Positions 16,502 through 26,330 of a DNA stretch of 32,000 nt are shown in pieces; position 1 is the first letter of the stretch; each line of letters opens with the position of its first letter. Under the pieces are notes generated by a model. The model made no database searches. It saw only the letters and a list, made by a program, of their open reading frames with translations, and was not told where the DNA came from. A program made the translations under genes and the position numbers. Source of the stretch: Desulfotalea psychrophila LSv54 (lineage in GTDB: Bacteria; Desulfobacterota; Desulfobulbia; Desulfobulbales; Desulfocapsaceae); NCBI RefSeq assembly GCF_000025945.1, contig NC_006138.1:2850001-2882000 (forward strand). The letters are read 5' to 3'.

Positions 16502-19084
16502 ATGAAAATATCAGATCATGCAGACCACACAGAAAAACTTTTCGGAATTCGCGGAGAAGACATCCATAAATGGATGGATGGCTTCTTCGAACATGATGGC
16601 GTTGATCATTATTTACGTAACAATGGCAAGATAGCAGATTACAACCCATATGATCATCGAAAATTTCGCCATTGTCAAGAAGTTTTGGCAGAGGCTTATG
16701 ACGAATTTACGGGGATATACGAGAAGCGGGATATAAAAAATATTTTCGAAACTCATATCAAGGATGATTATAACGGATATATTCCGACTAGAAATGACTT
16801 TGAAAACAGTATGTTTACCGAAAAATATCATGATTCTTTGCACCAAGATAATTGGAATCCAATCCTAGATTCAGAAGAATTATCTGACTACTTCGAAGGA
16901 GTAAAAAATTATGACGAATATAAAAGGCCAAATCATTTTATAACCACTTTCGGGATGCGTATTGTTATCCCAACAGTGGTTGCTATTATCCTCTTTGTGA
17001 CATCTATCTTCTTTGTTGTGGTTCCAGTTATTGAAACCTCTATAATGAACCAAAAGCGAAAGATGATCAAAGAGTTAACCGTTTCAGCCATCTCAATTGC
17101 CGAGCAGTATATTTCCTTAAGTAAAAATGCTGTACTTTCTGAAAAAGATGCACAGAAACGCGCTGCAAAAGAGATCGAATCAATGCGCTATGGTGATCAA
17201 CATAAAGATTATTTCTTTATAACTGATATGACACCTAGGATGATTATGCATCCATACCGTCAAGAATTGATTGGCACAAATTTAAACGACTATACGGATA
17301 CAGAAAACAAGAGTGGAAAGCGTCTCTTTGTCGAGCTTGTCGACTTGGTTAAAAAAAATCACGAGGGATATCTTGAATATCAGTGGCAATGGAAAGATGA
17401 CAGTAGCACATCAGTCCCGAAACTTTCTTATGTGCGTGGAATTCCAGAGTGGGGATGGGTTGTTGGAACTGGTGTATATATAAATGATGTAAAAGAAGAG
17501 ATAGCACGCCTTAAAAGACATCTATATATCACTTTTCTGATCATTACTTTTGGACTAATTTTGGTGATGAGCTATATCATTTACCAAAGCCACAATATCG
17601 AGGCTAGAAAGAAAAAAGCTGAAATTCTTCTACATGAAGCAAAGGATCGATACAGAGCTCTCGTTGAAACTTCAAATGAGGGTTACATATTGGAAGCTGA
17701 AGGAAAGATTATATATTCCAATCAGAGGCTTATACGAATGATTGGTTATAGTGAACGAGAGCTTCATGACCATACTATTTGGAGTACCCTGTTTCCACAA
17801 AAACCTCTTAACATGCCTGTATTACAACATTTAATTAGCATATTCCATGGAGCAGCAGAACCTGCAGAGTTTGAGGCACAGTTATTGACCAAAGACGGAC
17901 AAGAGATTGATATTATTTTAAGTACTTCAAAAATATTTTTATCTGAAAAAAAGGGGCACGTTATATCTTTTCGCCCTATAACGAGAAAAATCTATAGTGG
18001 AGCTATCCCTTTTGAGAAAGATGTTACTAACTACAGGGGACTTACCAGTGAAGTTGTACGCCTGATTGAAGAAAGTGAAACAGCAGGCAGTGTTGTAGAG
18101 GCACTCAACAGAATGCCAAACTTGATTAGAACAATGATTGATGCGGGATCTAGACCAGGTAATCTACGTCGTGTAATTGGTGGTGCTTATGACGCAGCTA
18201 TCACCAAATTTATAGAGCTTTCAATAGAAGAATTAGGAAATCCACCTGTAGAATTTTCCTTTATGTCAATGGGATCAAATGCACGTCATGATATGACTCT
18301 TTTCTCTGACCAAGATAATGCAATTGTTTTTGAAGACTGCGCTGTAGGTGATCTCAAGAAAATACGACGATATTTTTTACACCTTGCCGAGCGAGTGTGT
18401 AAAAGACTGGACCAAGCAGGCTACTCATACTGTGATGGCTGGATTATGGCTACTAATCCACAATGGTGCTTGAGCATGACTGAGTGGAAGAAAAACTTTA
18501 CCCATTGGATCATAAACTCTAGTCCCGATGCCATATTAGAAGCCAATGTTTTTTTTGATGTGCGCTCCACCTATGGCACAGCAAAATTGGTTGATCAGTT
18601 ACAACAACACGTCTTTGAAACAAACAGAAAGCACGAGCAATTTTTTGTAAACTATGCCAAAAATTGCCTCTCCTACGCCCAACCACTTAATACAAAGGGA
18701 CAAATTAAGACACAGGTAAATGATGGGGTCCGCTCTGTGAACCTCAAAGAGTGCCTGAGGCCGATGGAAATTTTTTGTAGAATTTATGCTCTTAAGTATG
18801 ACATTCGCGAAGCTAATACTATTACTCGACTTAAAAAATTGGCGCAAAGGGGAGATATATCAAGAAAAGAATATCGTGAGATGGTCTATATTTTTGACCA
18901 TATCTGGAATTTGCGATTTATGAATCAAATCATAGAATACACTGATTTAAGAAGGGTTAATGACTCTCTGGACCTTGATGAGTTACCGCAAATAGAGCAA
19001 GAAAATCTTAAAAATGTGTTAGCGAGAATCTCTATTTTCCGGGACAAGGTGAGTAGGGATTTTCTTGAAGGTCCTCAAAATTAG
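16502..19084 (+). CDS. Membrane-anchored Cache-PAS-DUF294-like nucleotidyltransferase fusion (860 aa)
   Basis: Two TM segments flanking a Cache-type domain (YGDQHKDYFFITDMTPRMIMHPYRQELIGTNLNDYTD...GWVVGTGVYINDV), PAS (YRALVETSNEGYILEAEGKIIYSNQRLIRMIGYSE), nucleotidyltransferase motif FMSMGSNARHDMTLFSDQDNAIVFED. Confidence 0.85.
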   Translation: MKISDHADHTEKLFGIRGEDIHKWMDGFFEHDGVDHYLRNNGKIADYNPYDHRKFRHCQEVLAEAYDEFTGIYEKRDIKNIFETHIKDDYNGYIPTRNDFENSMFTEKYHDSLHQDNWNPILDSEELSDYFEGVKNYDEYKRPNHFITTFGMRIVIPTVVAIILFVTSIFFVVVPVIETSIMNQKRKMIKELTVSAISIAEQYISLSKNAVLSEKDAQKRAAKEIESMRYGDQHKDYFFITDMTPRMIMHPYRQELIGTNLNDYTDTENKSGKRLFVELVDLVKKNHEGYLEYQWQWKDDSSTSVPKLSYVRGIPEWGWVVGTGVYINDVKEEIARLKRHLYITFLIITFGLILVMSYIIYQSHNIEARKKKAEILLHEAKDRYRALVETSNEGYILEAEGKIIYSNQRLIRMIGYSERELHDHTIWSTLFPQKPLNMPVLQHLISIFHGAAEPAEFEAQLLTKDGQEIDIILSTSKIFLSEKKGHVISFRPITRKIYSGAIPFEKDVTNYRGLTSEVVRLIEESETAGSVVEALNRMPNLIRTMIDAGSRPGNLRRVIGGAYDAAITKFIELSIEELGNPPVEFSFMSMGSNARHDMTLFSDQDNAIVFEDCAVGDLKKIRRYFLHLAERVCKRLDQAGYSYCDGWIMATNPQWCLSMTEWKKNFTHWIINSSPDAILEANVFFDVRSTYGTAKLVDQLQQHVFETNRKHEQFFVNYAKNCLSYAQPLNTKGQIKTQVNDGVRSVNLKECLRPMEIFCRIYALKYDIREANTITRLKKLAQRGDISRKEYREMVYIFDHIWNLRFMNQIIEYTDLRRVNDSLDLDELPQIEQENLKNVLARISIFRDKVSRDFLEGPQN

Positions 19085-19328
19085 CAAGGTGGTAGAAGAG
19101 ATCCTCCCATTCATCAACGCATTTAAAAATAGAATAGCCCTTTTTTAACTGCTGGCCCGCTGGAATTGTATCCCAGTGATCTCCTGTCTTGCAGGCAGAT
19201 AAACTTGCGGGAAATGAGACAGGGTACGCAGACAAAAAAGGGGATGCCCACAGGCACCAGGAGACACAACTCCTAGCTACAGTAAAATCCCCAGAAGGGG
19301 GAGAGAAGGAGAGAGGGGAAGCTCTGGA

Positions 19329-19355
19329 CAGCCTGGTGCTGAAGGCACCAGGCTG
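19329..19355. repeat. Hairpin downstream of satP-like gene
   Basis: CAGCCTGGTGC (19329-19339)/GCACCAGGCTG (19345-19355); loop TGAAG. Confidence 0.85.
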
Positions 19356-19373
19356 CGCAAAGGGGACAACTGA

Positions 19374-19931
19374 TTAACCTATGGGCAAAACGGTTCTGCC
19401 ATACTGCTCATTAATAACCTCTGCCATGGCAAGATAAATGGCACTCGCTCCACAGACAATTCCTTCCCAACCGGCAATATGACCAAGGGCCACAGAACCG
19501 GTCCAGTTATGGGCCGCAAGCAGAAAAAAGAGTACGGTCAGGGAGAAAAATATAAATTGCAGAACACGGTTGCTCTTAAGAGAAGCAATGAACATAAAAA
19601 AGGTGAAAATACCCCAGAGAGCCAGATACCAGCCCATAAATGCATGGGGAGTACTCTCTGTAATACCAAGCTTTGGCATAATAATAAGGGCCACAAGGGT
19701 GAGCCAAAAATGACCATAGGAGATAAAGGCCGTCATGCCAAAGGTGTTGCCCTTACGGAACTCCAGGATACCGGCGATAATCTGTGCTATACCACCATAG
19801 AGCAGCCCCATGGCCAAAATCATAGCGCTTATCGGGAAAAATCCCGCGTTATGGATATTCAACAAAACCGTGGTCATACCAAAGCCCATCAGGCCAAGCG
19901 GTCCTGGATTTGCAAGCTTATATTCCGTCAT
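19374..19931 (-). CDS. satP: Acetate/succinate transporter, GPR1/FUN34/YaaH family
   Basis: NPGPLGLMGFGMTT signature, six-TM hydrophobic profile, typical length. Confidence 0.93.
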   Translation of the reverse strand: MTEYKLANPGPLGLMGFGMTTVLLNIHNAGFFPISAMILAMGLLYGGIAQIIAGILEFRKGNTFGMTAFISYGHFWLTLVALIIMPKLGITESTPHAFMGWYLALWGIFTFFMFIASLKSNRVLQFIFFSLTVLFFLLAAHNWTGSVALGHIAGWEGIVCGASAIYLAMAEVINEQYGRTVLPIG

Positions 19932-20248
19932 CTAACTCCCATTCCTTTAATCAATTCTTTTAATTAACTATTTTATATAACAATTCCAGCGCTCCCCGGA
20001 AGAGCAACTAAACAGATTAGTCCTTTGCCCGGGCAAAACCATCCATATCGTGTAAGACAATGATAAAAGAGAAAAAACTCAAGAGGCACTACCCTGACAG
20101 AAAACCATAGCTAAAGCCCTGCCACTGCGTGGATATAGGACCCTATGGCCAAGGACATAACAAAAATCCCCGAGCAAGCTACTCGCAATTATCGAACAAA
20201 TCAAGGAAATTAAGCTACCAATATTGCCGAGGTCACGTTTAACGTTTT

Positions 20249-21829
20249 CTACCACTCGCAGATATTTGTGGCGATTCTATTTCGGCCAAGCCTCTTGGCC
20301 CTATAAAGGGCCTTATCAGCGGCCGCGACGAGTAGACTTGAATCCATTCCACTCTTGGGAATGCAGGTGGATACACCCGCACTAATTGTTACCACATTGC
20401 TGGTTGGGGAAAAGGCATGAGCTATCTGCAGATCCTCTATCGCCCGACGACAATCTTCAGCCACCGAGGCAGCATCGGTGGTATTGAGCAGTACAAGAGA
20501 AAATTCTTCCCCGCCATACCTGGCGACAAGATCAGTTGAACGATGAGGGATCTTCCGAAGCTGCTCTGCAACTTTTTTCAAACACTCGTCTCCGGTAAGA
20601 TGACCATAATTGTCGTTATATAATTTAAAATTATCAATATCTGCCATGATAAAGGAGATGGACGATTTTTCCCGCATCGCCCGTGCCCACTCCCGGGATA
20701 GAAAATTATCCATGGTCCTTCTATTAAAAACCCCAGTCAAACCATCCGAAGACGATACCAGCTTGAGTTTTCGATTTACCTCCTGTAACTCATTTTTTTT
20801 CTCCAATAATTTTTCTTGGGTTAAAACCGATTTTTTCACAATTGCCCTAAGAACAAAAGCAACAACGCTAGTAAAAATAATACCAAAGACAAAAATAAGC
20901 TGAGAAGAAAAGCCCCTTCTCCTCTCGACATACAAAACGGTGGGGAACGCCTCCAAACACCACTGCCTCCCCAAAATTACAGGCATTTTTTTTTGATAAA
21001 AAGCACTCTGCTGGAGGACAAAAACATTTCGAGGATCGCGACTATAAAGAGTTTCAGTGCTTACAGGTGAGGTGATATCGACAAGCTTCAGCTTTATACC
21101 TGCAAGATCTTCAGTTAAATGGGAGCTGACTAAGATATCGTCTATTTGATAAACACCAACCACAAAACCAAACAGAGCCTGCCGTCGCCTGACTACCGTT
21201 GTCGGATTTCCCTTATAAACAGGCAAGAGGCTAACCACACCTCTCTGGACATTACCCTCTTGAACAAAGTCAACGGGCGCAGTTACCTGAAGAAGGTCCT
21301 CATCCATAGCTCTTCTGAGGGCTGGCATAAGAGGACTGGCGGCAAGATCAAAGCCGAGGCGATCACTGTTACCCGGTACAGGCTCAATATAAAACACAGG
21401 GAGGGCCTCCCCTCTTGCCCCTTCCGTATCTATTGCCTCACCTGTACCTGATTTCTCATTATCTGAAAAATACGCCCCCACCTCAAACAGAGACACACCA
21501 CCACGATCCCTCGCCGTACGCGGTATCCAACCAAGGGCATGAATACCCGGATAATCTACCAGCAATCGCCTCGCCTCGTTATTAAAGCGATCATAACTGG
21601 GAACTATCTCCCCATTATTATACAAGGTAAGCAAAGACTGGGACGCCTCAAAATTTTTTAAAGCCTCATGATATATTTCAATGGCAAGCCTATTTACACT
21701 CTGCTGAAATTCATTAACTATCACCTTTTCTTCAGCATCATAAAGCAACCAGGATGTCCAGCCCGACAGACAAATGCCACCTAGCAAAATAAACGCCAAA
21801 AGAAAATTTAAACTTGTGTGAGATTTCAT
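20249..21829 (-). CDS. Membrane CHASE-domain diguanylate cyclase (GGDEF)
   Basis: N-terminal TM, CHASE-like LGWIPRTARDRG..., TM, GGDEF with intact RYGGEEF active site and RSTD I-site five residues upstream. Confidence 0.92.
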   Translation of the reverse strand: MKSHTSLNFLLAFILLGGICLSGWTSWLLYDAEEKVIVNEFQQSVNRLAIEIYHEALKNFEASQSLLTLYNNGEIVPSYDRFNNEARRLLVDYPGIHALGWIPRTARDRGGVSLFEVGAYFSDNEKSGTGEAIDTEGARGEALPVFYIEPVPGNSDRLGFDLAASPLMPALRRAMDEDLLQVTAPVDFVQEGNVQRGVVSLLPVYKGNPTTVVRRRQALFGFVVGVYQIDDILVSSHLTEDLAGIKLKLVDITSPVSTETLYSRDPRNVFVLQQSAFYQKKMPVILGRQWCLEAFPTVLYVERRRGFSSQLIFVFGIIFTSVVAFVLRAIVKKSVLTQEKLLEKKNELQEVNRKLKLVSSSDGLTGVFNRRTMDNFLSREWARAMREKSSISFIMADIDNFKLYNDNYGHLTGDECLKKVAEQLRKIPHRSTDLVARYGGEEFSLVLLNTTDAASVAEDCRRAIEDLQIAHAFSPTSNVVTISAGVSTCIPKSGMDSSLLVAAADKALYRAKRLGRNRIATNICEW

Positions 21830-22153
21830 GCACCTTCCTCCGCCAACATTTACAAAAAAACTCCTCCATTACAGTTCATATTCTAGCATCTCAAGAAAAA
21901 ACCTAGAAAGCCAACACCATATTTTAACAAAAGCTTATAATAAAAGCAAAATACACCCTTATTAACAAATCAAGACAACAGATAAAAAACGCCTTCGGCA
22001 AGAGCAAATCGTGAGCGTAACTGAAAGAAACTGTAAAAAGAAAAAACTAAATGTGATACCGGCAACGTCTTCAAAAAAAAATTTATAGCTAATTCTGTCC
22101 ATATATGAAATTTTCTTTGGCTCTATCCCCTCACCTTAGAAAAAGGCTCAAAC

Positions 22154-22564
22154 ATGAAACAAATTGAAGTTGTAGCTGGCATTATTATCAATCAGGATAA
22201 GATATTATGTATGAAGCGCGGCATATCTAAATTCACCTATGTCTCGCAAAAATTTGAATTCCCCGGCGGCAAGGTAGAAGACAAAGAGACATACCGCCAG
22301 GCCCTGGCAAGAGAGATAAGAGAGGAACTACGAATTGAGATAGAGATAGGAGAGAAGCTGATGGTGGTAAACCATACCTATCCTGATTTTCAGATCAGAA
22401 TGCACTGCTATCTCTGTTCCAGTGAGAACAGGAAGATCACCTTAACGGAACATATTGAGAGCAAATGGCTCTACTGCCAAGAGCTTAACCAACTCGACTG
22501 GGCCGCCGCAGATATCCCCGCGGTTAAAAGGTTAATGGAGTGTAAAAATGCACCCGCAACCTGA
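22154..22564 (+). CDS. NUDIX hydrolase (MutT-like)
   Basis: Nudix box GGKVEDKETYRQALAREIREELRIEI. Confidence 0.93.
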   Translation: MKQIEVVAGIIINQDKILCMKRGISKFTYVSQKFEFPGGKVEDKETYRQALAREIREELRIEIEIGEKLMVVNHTYPDFQIRMHCYLCSSENRKITLTEHIESKWLYCQELNQLDWAAADIPAVKRLMECKNAPAT

Positions 22565-22715
22565 GAATTTCAAGGCCCGACGACCGGATCTCTGCCAATG
22601 AGCCAACCTGTCTCTCTGTTTCAATAATTCTCAAAATTTATTGCATCTTAAAAATTTGCATTCATAATAAACTCTGGCTAAAGTGGCACTTAGATCCTAC
22701 CAACAACCATCATAG

Positions 22716-23690
22716 GTGATCATTATGAAATATAACCAGATATTTGCCATTCTCCTCCTCCTTCTCTGCAGCTGTGCCAGGCAAGGCAGTGGGGAGGCCA
22801 TCGTCGACACTGTGCCCAACTACAGCCAATCATCCTCCTGGCTCTATCAACCGGGAAGAGTCAATAAACCCATTGATCTCTTTTATGTCTATCCCACCAT
22901 CTATGCTGAGAAAAACCCAGCCAATATGAATATAGGCAACAGAGAGTTACGACAACGGGCTCGCCATCTAATAGATGCCCAGGCCAGTGTCTACGGGGAA
23001 AGTGCCAATATATTTGCCCCCCTCTACCGGCAGATGTCCATGGCCAGACTTGATGGCAACTCAGATGCCTTGCAAAGCCCCTTCTTCCAAAAGGGCTATG
23101 AAGATGTTGCCCGAGCCTTTGACTTTTACCTGCAACACCTCAATGGCGGCAGACCTTTCATCCTTGCCGGCCATAGCCAGGGGTCAATGGTACTCATCCA
23201 GTTGATGCGGAAAAAATTTGCCGACAGAGCATTACAAAAAAAACTGGTGGCCGCCTACCTGATAGGGTACTCGGTAACAGCTGAAGATTTCAAAAACTAT
23301 CCATGGATGAAGCCTGCCCAAGGCGCAAGTGATACAGGCGTTATCATCTCCTATAATACTCAATCGATCACGGCTAAGGATTCACCGGTACTCCTGCCCG
23401 GTGCCTATGGCATCAATCCCCTTAACTGGAGCAGAACGGAGCCAGCAAATAAATCCATGAACCGGGGGGCCGTCTTTTTTAGAGACAATGAAATAGAGCG
23501 GGAGATCCCGCACTATGCAGGGGCCTACATCGATCCTGCAACGGGGGCACTGATTACCCAACTACCGGAAAAACTTAACACTGGCTCCTTTCCCGCGGGG
23601 GTTTACCACCGATTTGACTACGCCCTCTGGTTTCGCAACCTGGAAGAGAACGTACAAAATCGCTGTGAAACATATCTCTCCACCAAGTAA
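22716..23690 (+). CDS. DUF3089-like alpha/beta hydrolase, probable lipoprotein
   Basis: Lipobox-like LLLLLCSC; DLFYVYPTIYAE, FAPLYRQMSM, FILAGHSQGSMVLIQLMRK nucleophile elbow; in-frame ATG also at 22725. Confidence 0.85.
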   Translation: MIIMKYNQIFAILLLLLCSCARQGSGEAIVDTVPNYSQSSSWLYQPGRVNKPIDLFYVYPTIYAEKNPANMNIGNRELRQRARHLIDAQASVYGESANIFAPLYRQMSMARLDGNSDALQSPFFQKGYEDVARAFDFYLQHLNGGRPFILAGHSQGSMVLIQLMRKKFADRALQKKLVAAYLIGYSVTAEDFKNYPWMKPAQGASDTGVIISYNTQSITAKDSPVLLPGAYGINPLNWSRTEPANKSMNRGAVFFRDNEIEREIPHYAGAYIDPATGALITQLPEKLNTGSFPAGVYHRFDYALWFRNLEENVQNRCETYLSTK

Positions 23691-23704
23691 CCCTTCTCAT
23701 CAAT

Positions 23705-24262
23705 ATGAAAAAAACAATAACAATCTACCATTTTACCGAGGTTGAGCAGACAGGCATTGTCGGCCACTTCAGTGCAGACAGAAAACACCGCGCCTATCTC
23801 CATATCCCCTTTAAGAAAAGAGAGTCAAGACCAATGCTCTGCATCGTCGGGCAAAACCCGAGTAGGGCAGATGAACTGGTAGCCGACAGAACTGTTCAGT
23901 ATTTTGAAAAATTTGTCTTCACCCATCTCCCCCAATATGGGGGGATCATTATGCTCAACCTCTACAGCCGTTTTGATACCAACAAGGAGGAGGCCAGTGA
24001 TCTGATACGGCCGGACTGCGACCGGGTACTGGCAGAGATCATCACAGGACATGAGGATTTCCTTGTTGCCTATGGAAAAATACAAAATAAGGGTGCATAC
24101 CAATTCCGCGAGCGGGCCCTCTATCTCAAGGACCTCCTTACGGGAAAAAATATTTATAAGATAGATATTGGGAGCACCTACCCGCCCCATCCGGGAAACA
24201 GTGCCCTCTGTTATCACCGCTTTCATAAAATATGCCCCTATGAATTTGCTGATATCTCCTAA
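23705..24262 (+). CDS. DUF1643 domain-containing protein
   Basis: CIVGQNPSRADELVADRTVQ and GGIIMLNLYSRFDT motifs typical of DUF1643. Confidence 0.8.
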   Translation: MKKTITIYHFTEVEQTGIVGHFSADRKHRAYLHIPFKKRESRPMLCIVGQNPSRADELVADRTVQYFEKFVFTHLPQYGGIIMLNLYSRFDTNKEEASDLIRPDCDRVLAEIITGHEDFLVAYGKIQNKGAYQFRERALYLKDLLTGKNIYKIDIGSTYPPHPGNSALCYHRFHKICPYEFADIS

Positions 24263-24295
24263 AAAACATTCTCCCGGCGCAGGCCTCGCCCCCAA

Positions 24296-24327
24296 CCCCT
24301 CTCGCCCCACCACATCAGCGAGAGGGG
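24296..24327 (+). terminator. Putative terminator after DUF1643 gene
   Basis: CCCCTCTCGC (24296-24305)/GCGAGAGGGG (24318-24327) then GGCGACAC and a T-run. Confidence 0.5.
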
Positions 24328-24442
24328 GGCGACACTTTTTTTGCAGGTCTCCTTTCTCTCATTTACCGCCCTGCCTCAAAAGCTTAGGATGTACGTCCCA
24401 CAATTGAGTACCGGTAGAAGAAAAAAAAGAATACTTTTTTTA

Positions 24443-24471
24443 TTGACACCACCTCTGCCATCAGGTATAAA
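24443..24471 (+). promoter_or_regulatory. Putative sigma-70 promoter for tRNA-Glu copy 2
   Basis: TTGACA (24443-24448), 17-bp spacer, TATAAA (24466-24471). Confidence 0.75.
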
Positions 24472-24485
24472 CGTCCTCAGCACTT

Positions 24486-24560
24486 GGCCCCATCGTCTAG
24501 CGGTTAGGACGTTGGCCTCTCACGCCGAAAGCAGGGGTTCGATTCCCCTTGGGGTCACCA
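24486..24560 (+). tRNA. tRNA-Glu, anticodon CTC (identical to copy 1)
   Basis: 75-nt sequence identical to 3780-3854. Confidence 0.95.
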
Positions 24561-24570
24561 AGATACTAAA

Positions 24571-24606
24571 GGGACTTAGCAATTAACTTGTTAAGTCCCT
24601 TTTTTT
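24571..24606 (+). terminator. Rho-independent terminator after tRNA-Glu copy 2
   Basis: GGGACTTAGCAA (24571-24582)/TTGTTAAGTCCC (24588-24599) with one G-U pair, then T-run. Confidence 0.88.
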
Positions 24607-24686
24607 ATATTTTCACCAAGGGATCCAGAGTAGTTGCACCTGACAAAACCCTTCCACGTAGGATCAAATTCACTCCCTAAGTAGCC

Positions 24687-26315
24687 ATGATACATTTAAC
24701 CAATATCCACAAACAGTATGGTTCGCAGGTGTTATTCCGCGGTGCCAGCCTGCAGGTTTTACCCGCAACTCGTACTGGCCTTGTCGGGGCCAATGGTGCA
24801 GGCAAGACATCTGTCTTTCGCCTTATGATGGGCGAAGAAGAGGCGGATAAGGGCGAAATTTCCTGTTCCAAAAAAACGGTGATTGGCTATTTTTCCCAGG
24901 ATGTGGGAGAGATGTCCGGTAGGTCTGTCCTTGACGAGGTGATGTCGGCCGCAGGCGAGATTGTTGCCATGGGCGCAAGAATGAGGGAGATGGAAGCCCG
25001 GATGGGCGAACCCATGAGCGACGATGAGATGGCCGCCCTCCTAGAAGAGTACGGCAACACCGTCGATGCCTTTGAGCACCGTGGTGGCTACGAGCTGGAC
25101 TCCCAAGCCAAGGAGATCCTGACCGGCCTGCGCTTTAGCAACTCCGATCTGATTCTGCCCGTCGAAAGTTTTAGTGGTGGCTGGAAGATGCGAATCGCCC
25201 TTGCTAAAATCCTTCTGATCGGCCCCGATGTACTCCTCCTCGATGAGCCCACTAACCACCTTGATATAGAGTCCATACTCTGGCTTGAATCATGGCTGAC
25301 CAATGAATTCAAGGGGGCCCTGCTTATGACCTGCCATGACCGGGAATTCATGAACAGGATTGTTTCCCGAATCATTGAGATTGGCAACGAAGGAGCCACC
25401 ACCTATGGCGGTGACTACGACTTCTACCTCAAGGAAAGGGAAATACGCCGGGAACAGCTACTGGCAAGTTATCGTCGACAGCAGGAGATGCTGTCTAAAG
25501 AAGAAGATTTTATCGCCAAATTTGCTGCTCGGGTCTCCCATGCAGCCCAGGTCCAGTCCCGGATAAAAAAGCTTGATAAGATTGAGCGCATTGTCCTGCC
25601 TCCCGAACAGAGGGTGATGAAGTTTGACTTCCCCGTCCCACCTCGAAGTGGAGACGATGTCCTTCATCTGAAGGACCTTGGTAAAGAGTGGCAGACTGCC
25701 CATGGTGAGATCAAACCTGTTTTCAGCGGCCTCACAGGCTCTATTCGCAGGTTGGAAAAAATTGCCCTGGTCGGGGTCAACGGTGCAGGTAAATCAACCC
25801 TGCTCAAGGTGATCACAGGCCAGACCGAAGCCACAAGCGGAGAGGTGCTTACCGGCGCCAGTCTCGCAACCGGCTATTTCAGTCAGCACAGTATGGATCT
25901 GCTCTATCCTGGCCAGACTGTCTTTGAGGCAGTTCAAGAAACCCTACCACTTGAAAATATAGGCACCATTCGAAATCTTCTGGCAGCTTTTTTATTCCAG
26001 GGAGACGACGTAGATAAGAAAATTTCCTCCCTTTCGGGCGGCGAAAAAAGTCGTGTGGTGCTGGCAAAAATGCTTGCCCAACCTCTCAACTTTCTGGTCC
26101 TTGATGAGCCTACCAACCACCTTGATATTCAGTCACGCGAGGTACTGCTCAAGGCACTCAAGAAGTTTGAAGGCACCCTTATTTTAGTAAGCCACGACCG
26201 GCACTTTCTACGCTCGCTCGTTAACCGTGTATTTGAGATCGACCACGGCGAAATGCGTAGCTATGAGGGAGATTATGATTATTATCTCCGTGAACACGAA
26301 AAGCATAACATTTAA
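24687..26315 (+). CDS. ABC-F family ATPase (Uup/EttA-like), 542 aa
   Basis: Two ABC modules with Walker A GANGAGKTS and GVNGAGKST, signatures FSGGWKMR and LSGGEKSR, DEPTNHLD twice; no TM segments. Confidence 0.93.
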   Translation: MIHLTNIHKQYGSQVLFRGASLQVLPATRTGLVGANGAGKTSVFRLMMGEEEADKGEISCSKKTVIGYFSQDVGEMSGRSVLDEVMSAAGEIVAMGARMREMEARMGEPMSDDEMAALLEEYGNTVDAFEHRGGYELDSQAKEILTGLRFSNSDLILPVESFSGGWKMRIALAKILLIGPDVLLLDEPTNHLDIESILWLESWLTNEFKGALLMTCHDREFMNRIVSRIIEIGNEGATTYGGDYDFYLKEREIRREQLLASYRRQQEMLSKEEDFIAKFAARVSHAAQVQSRIKKLDKIERIVLPPEQRVMKFDFPVPPRSGDDVLHLKDLGKEWQTAHGEIKPVFSGLTGSIRRLEKIALVGVNGAGKSTLLKVITGQTEATSGEVLTGASLATGYFSQHSMDLLYPGQTVFEAVQETLPLENIGTIRNLLAAFLFQGDDVDKKISSLSGGEKSRVVLAKMLAQPLNFLVLDEPTNHLDIQSREVLLKALKKFEGTLILVSHDRHFLRSLVNRVFEIDHGEMRSYEGDYDYYLREHEKHNI

Positions 26316-26330
26316 GTTTAAGGATATACC

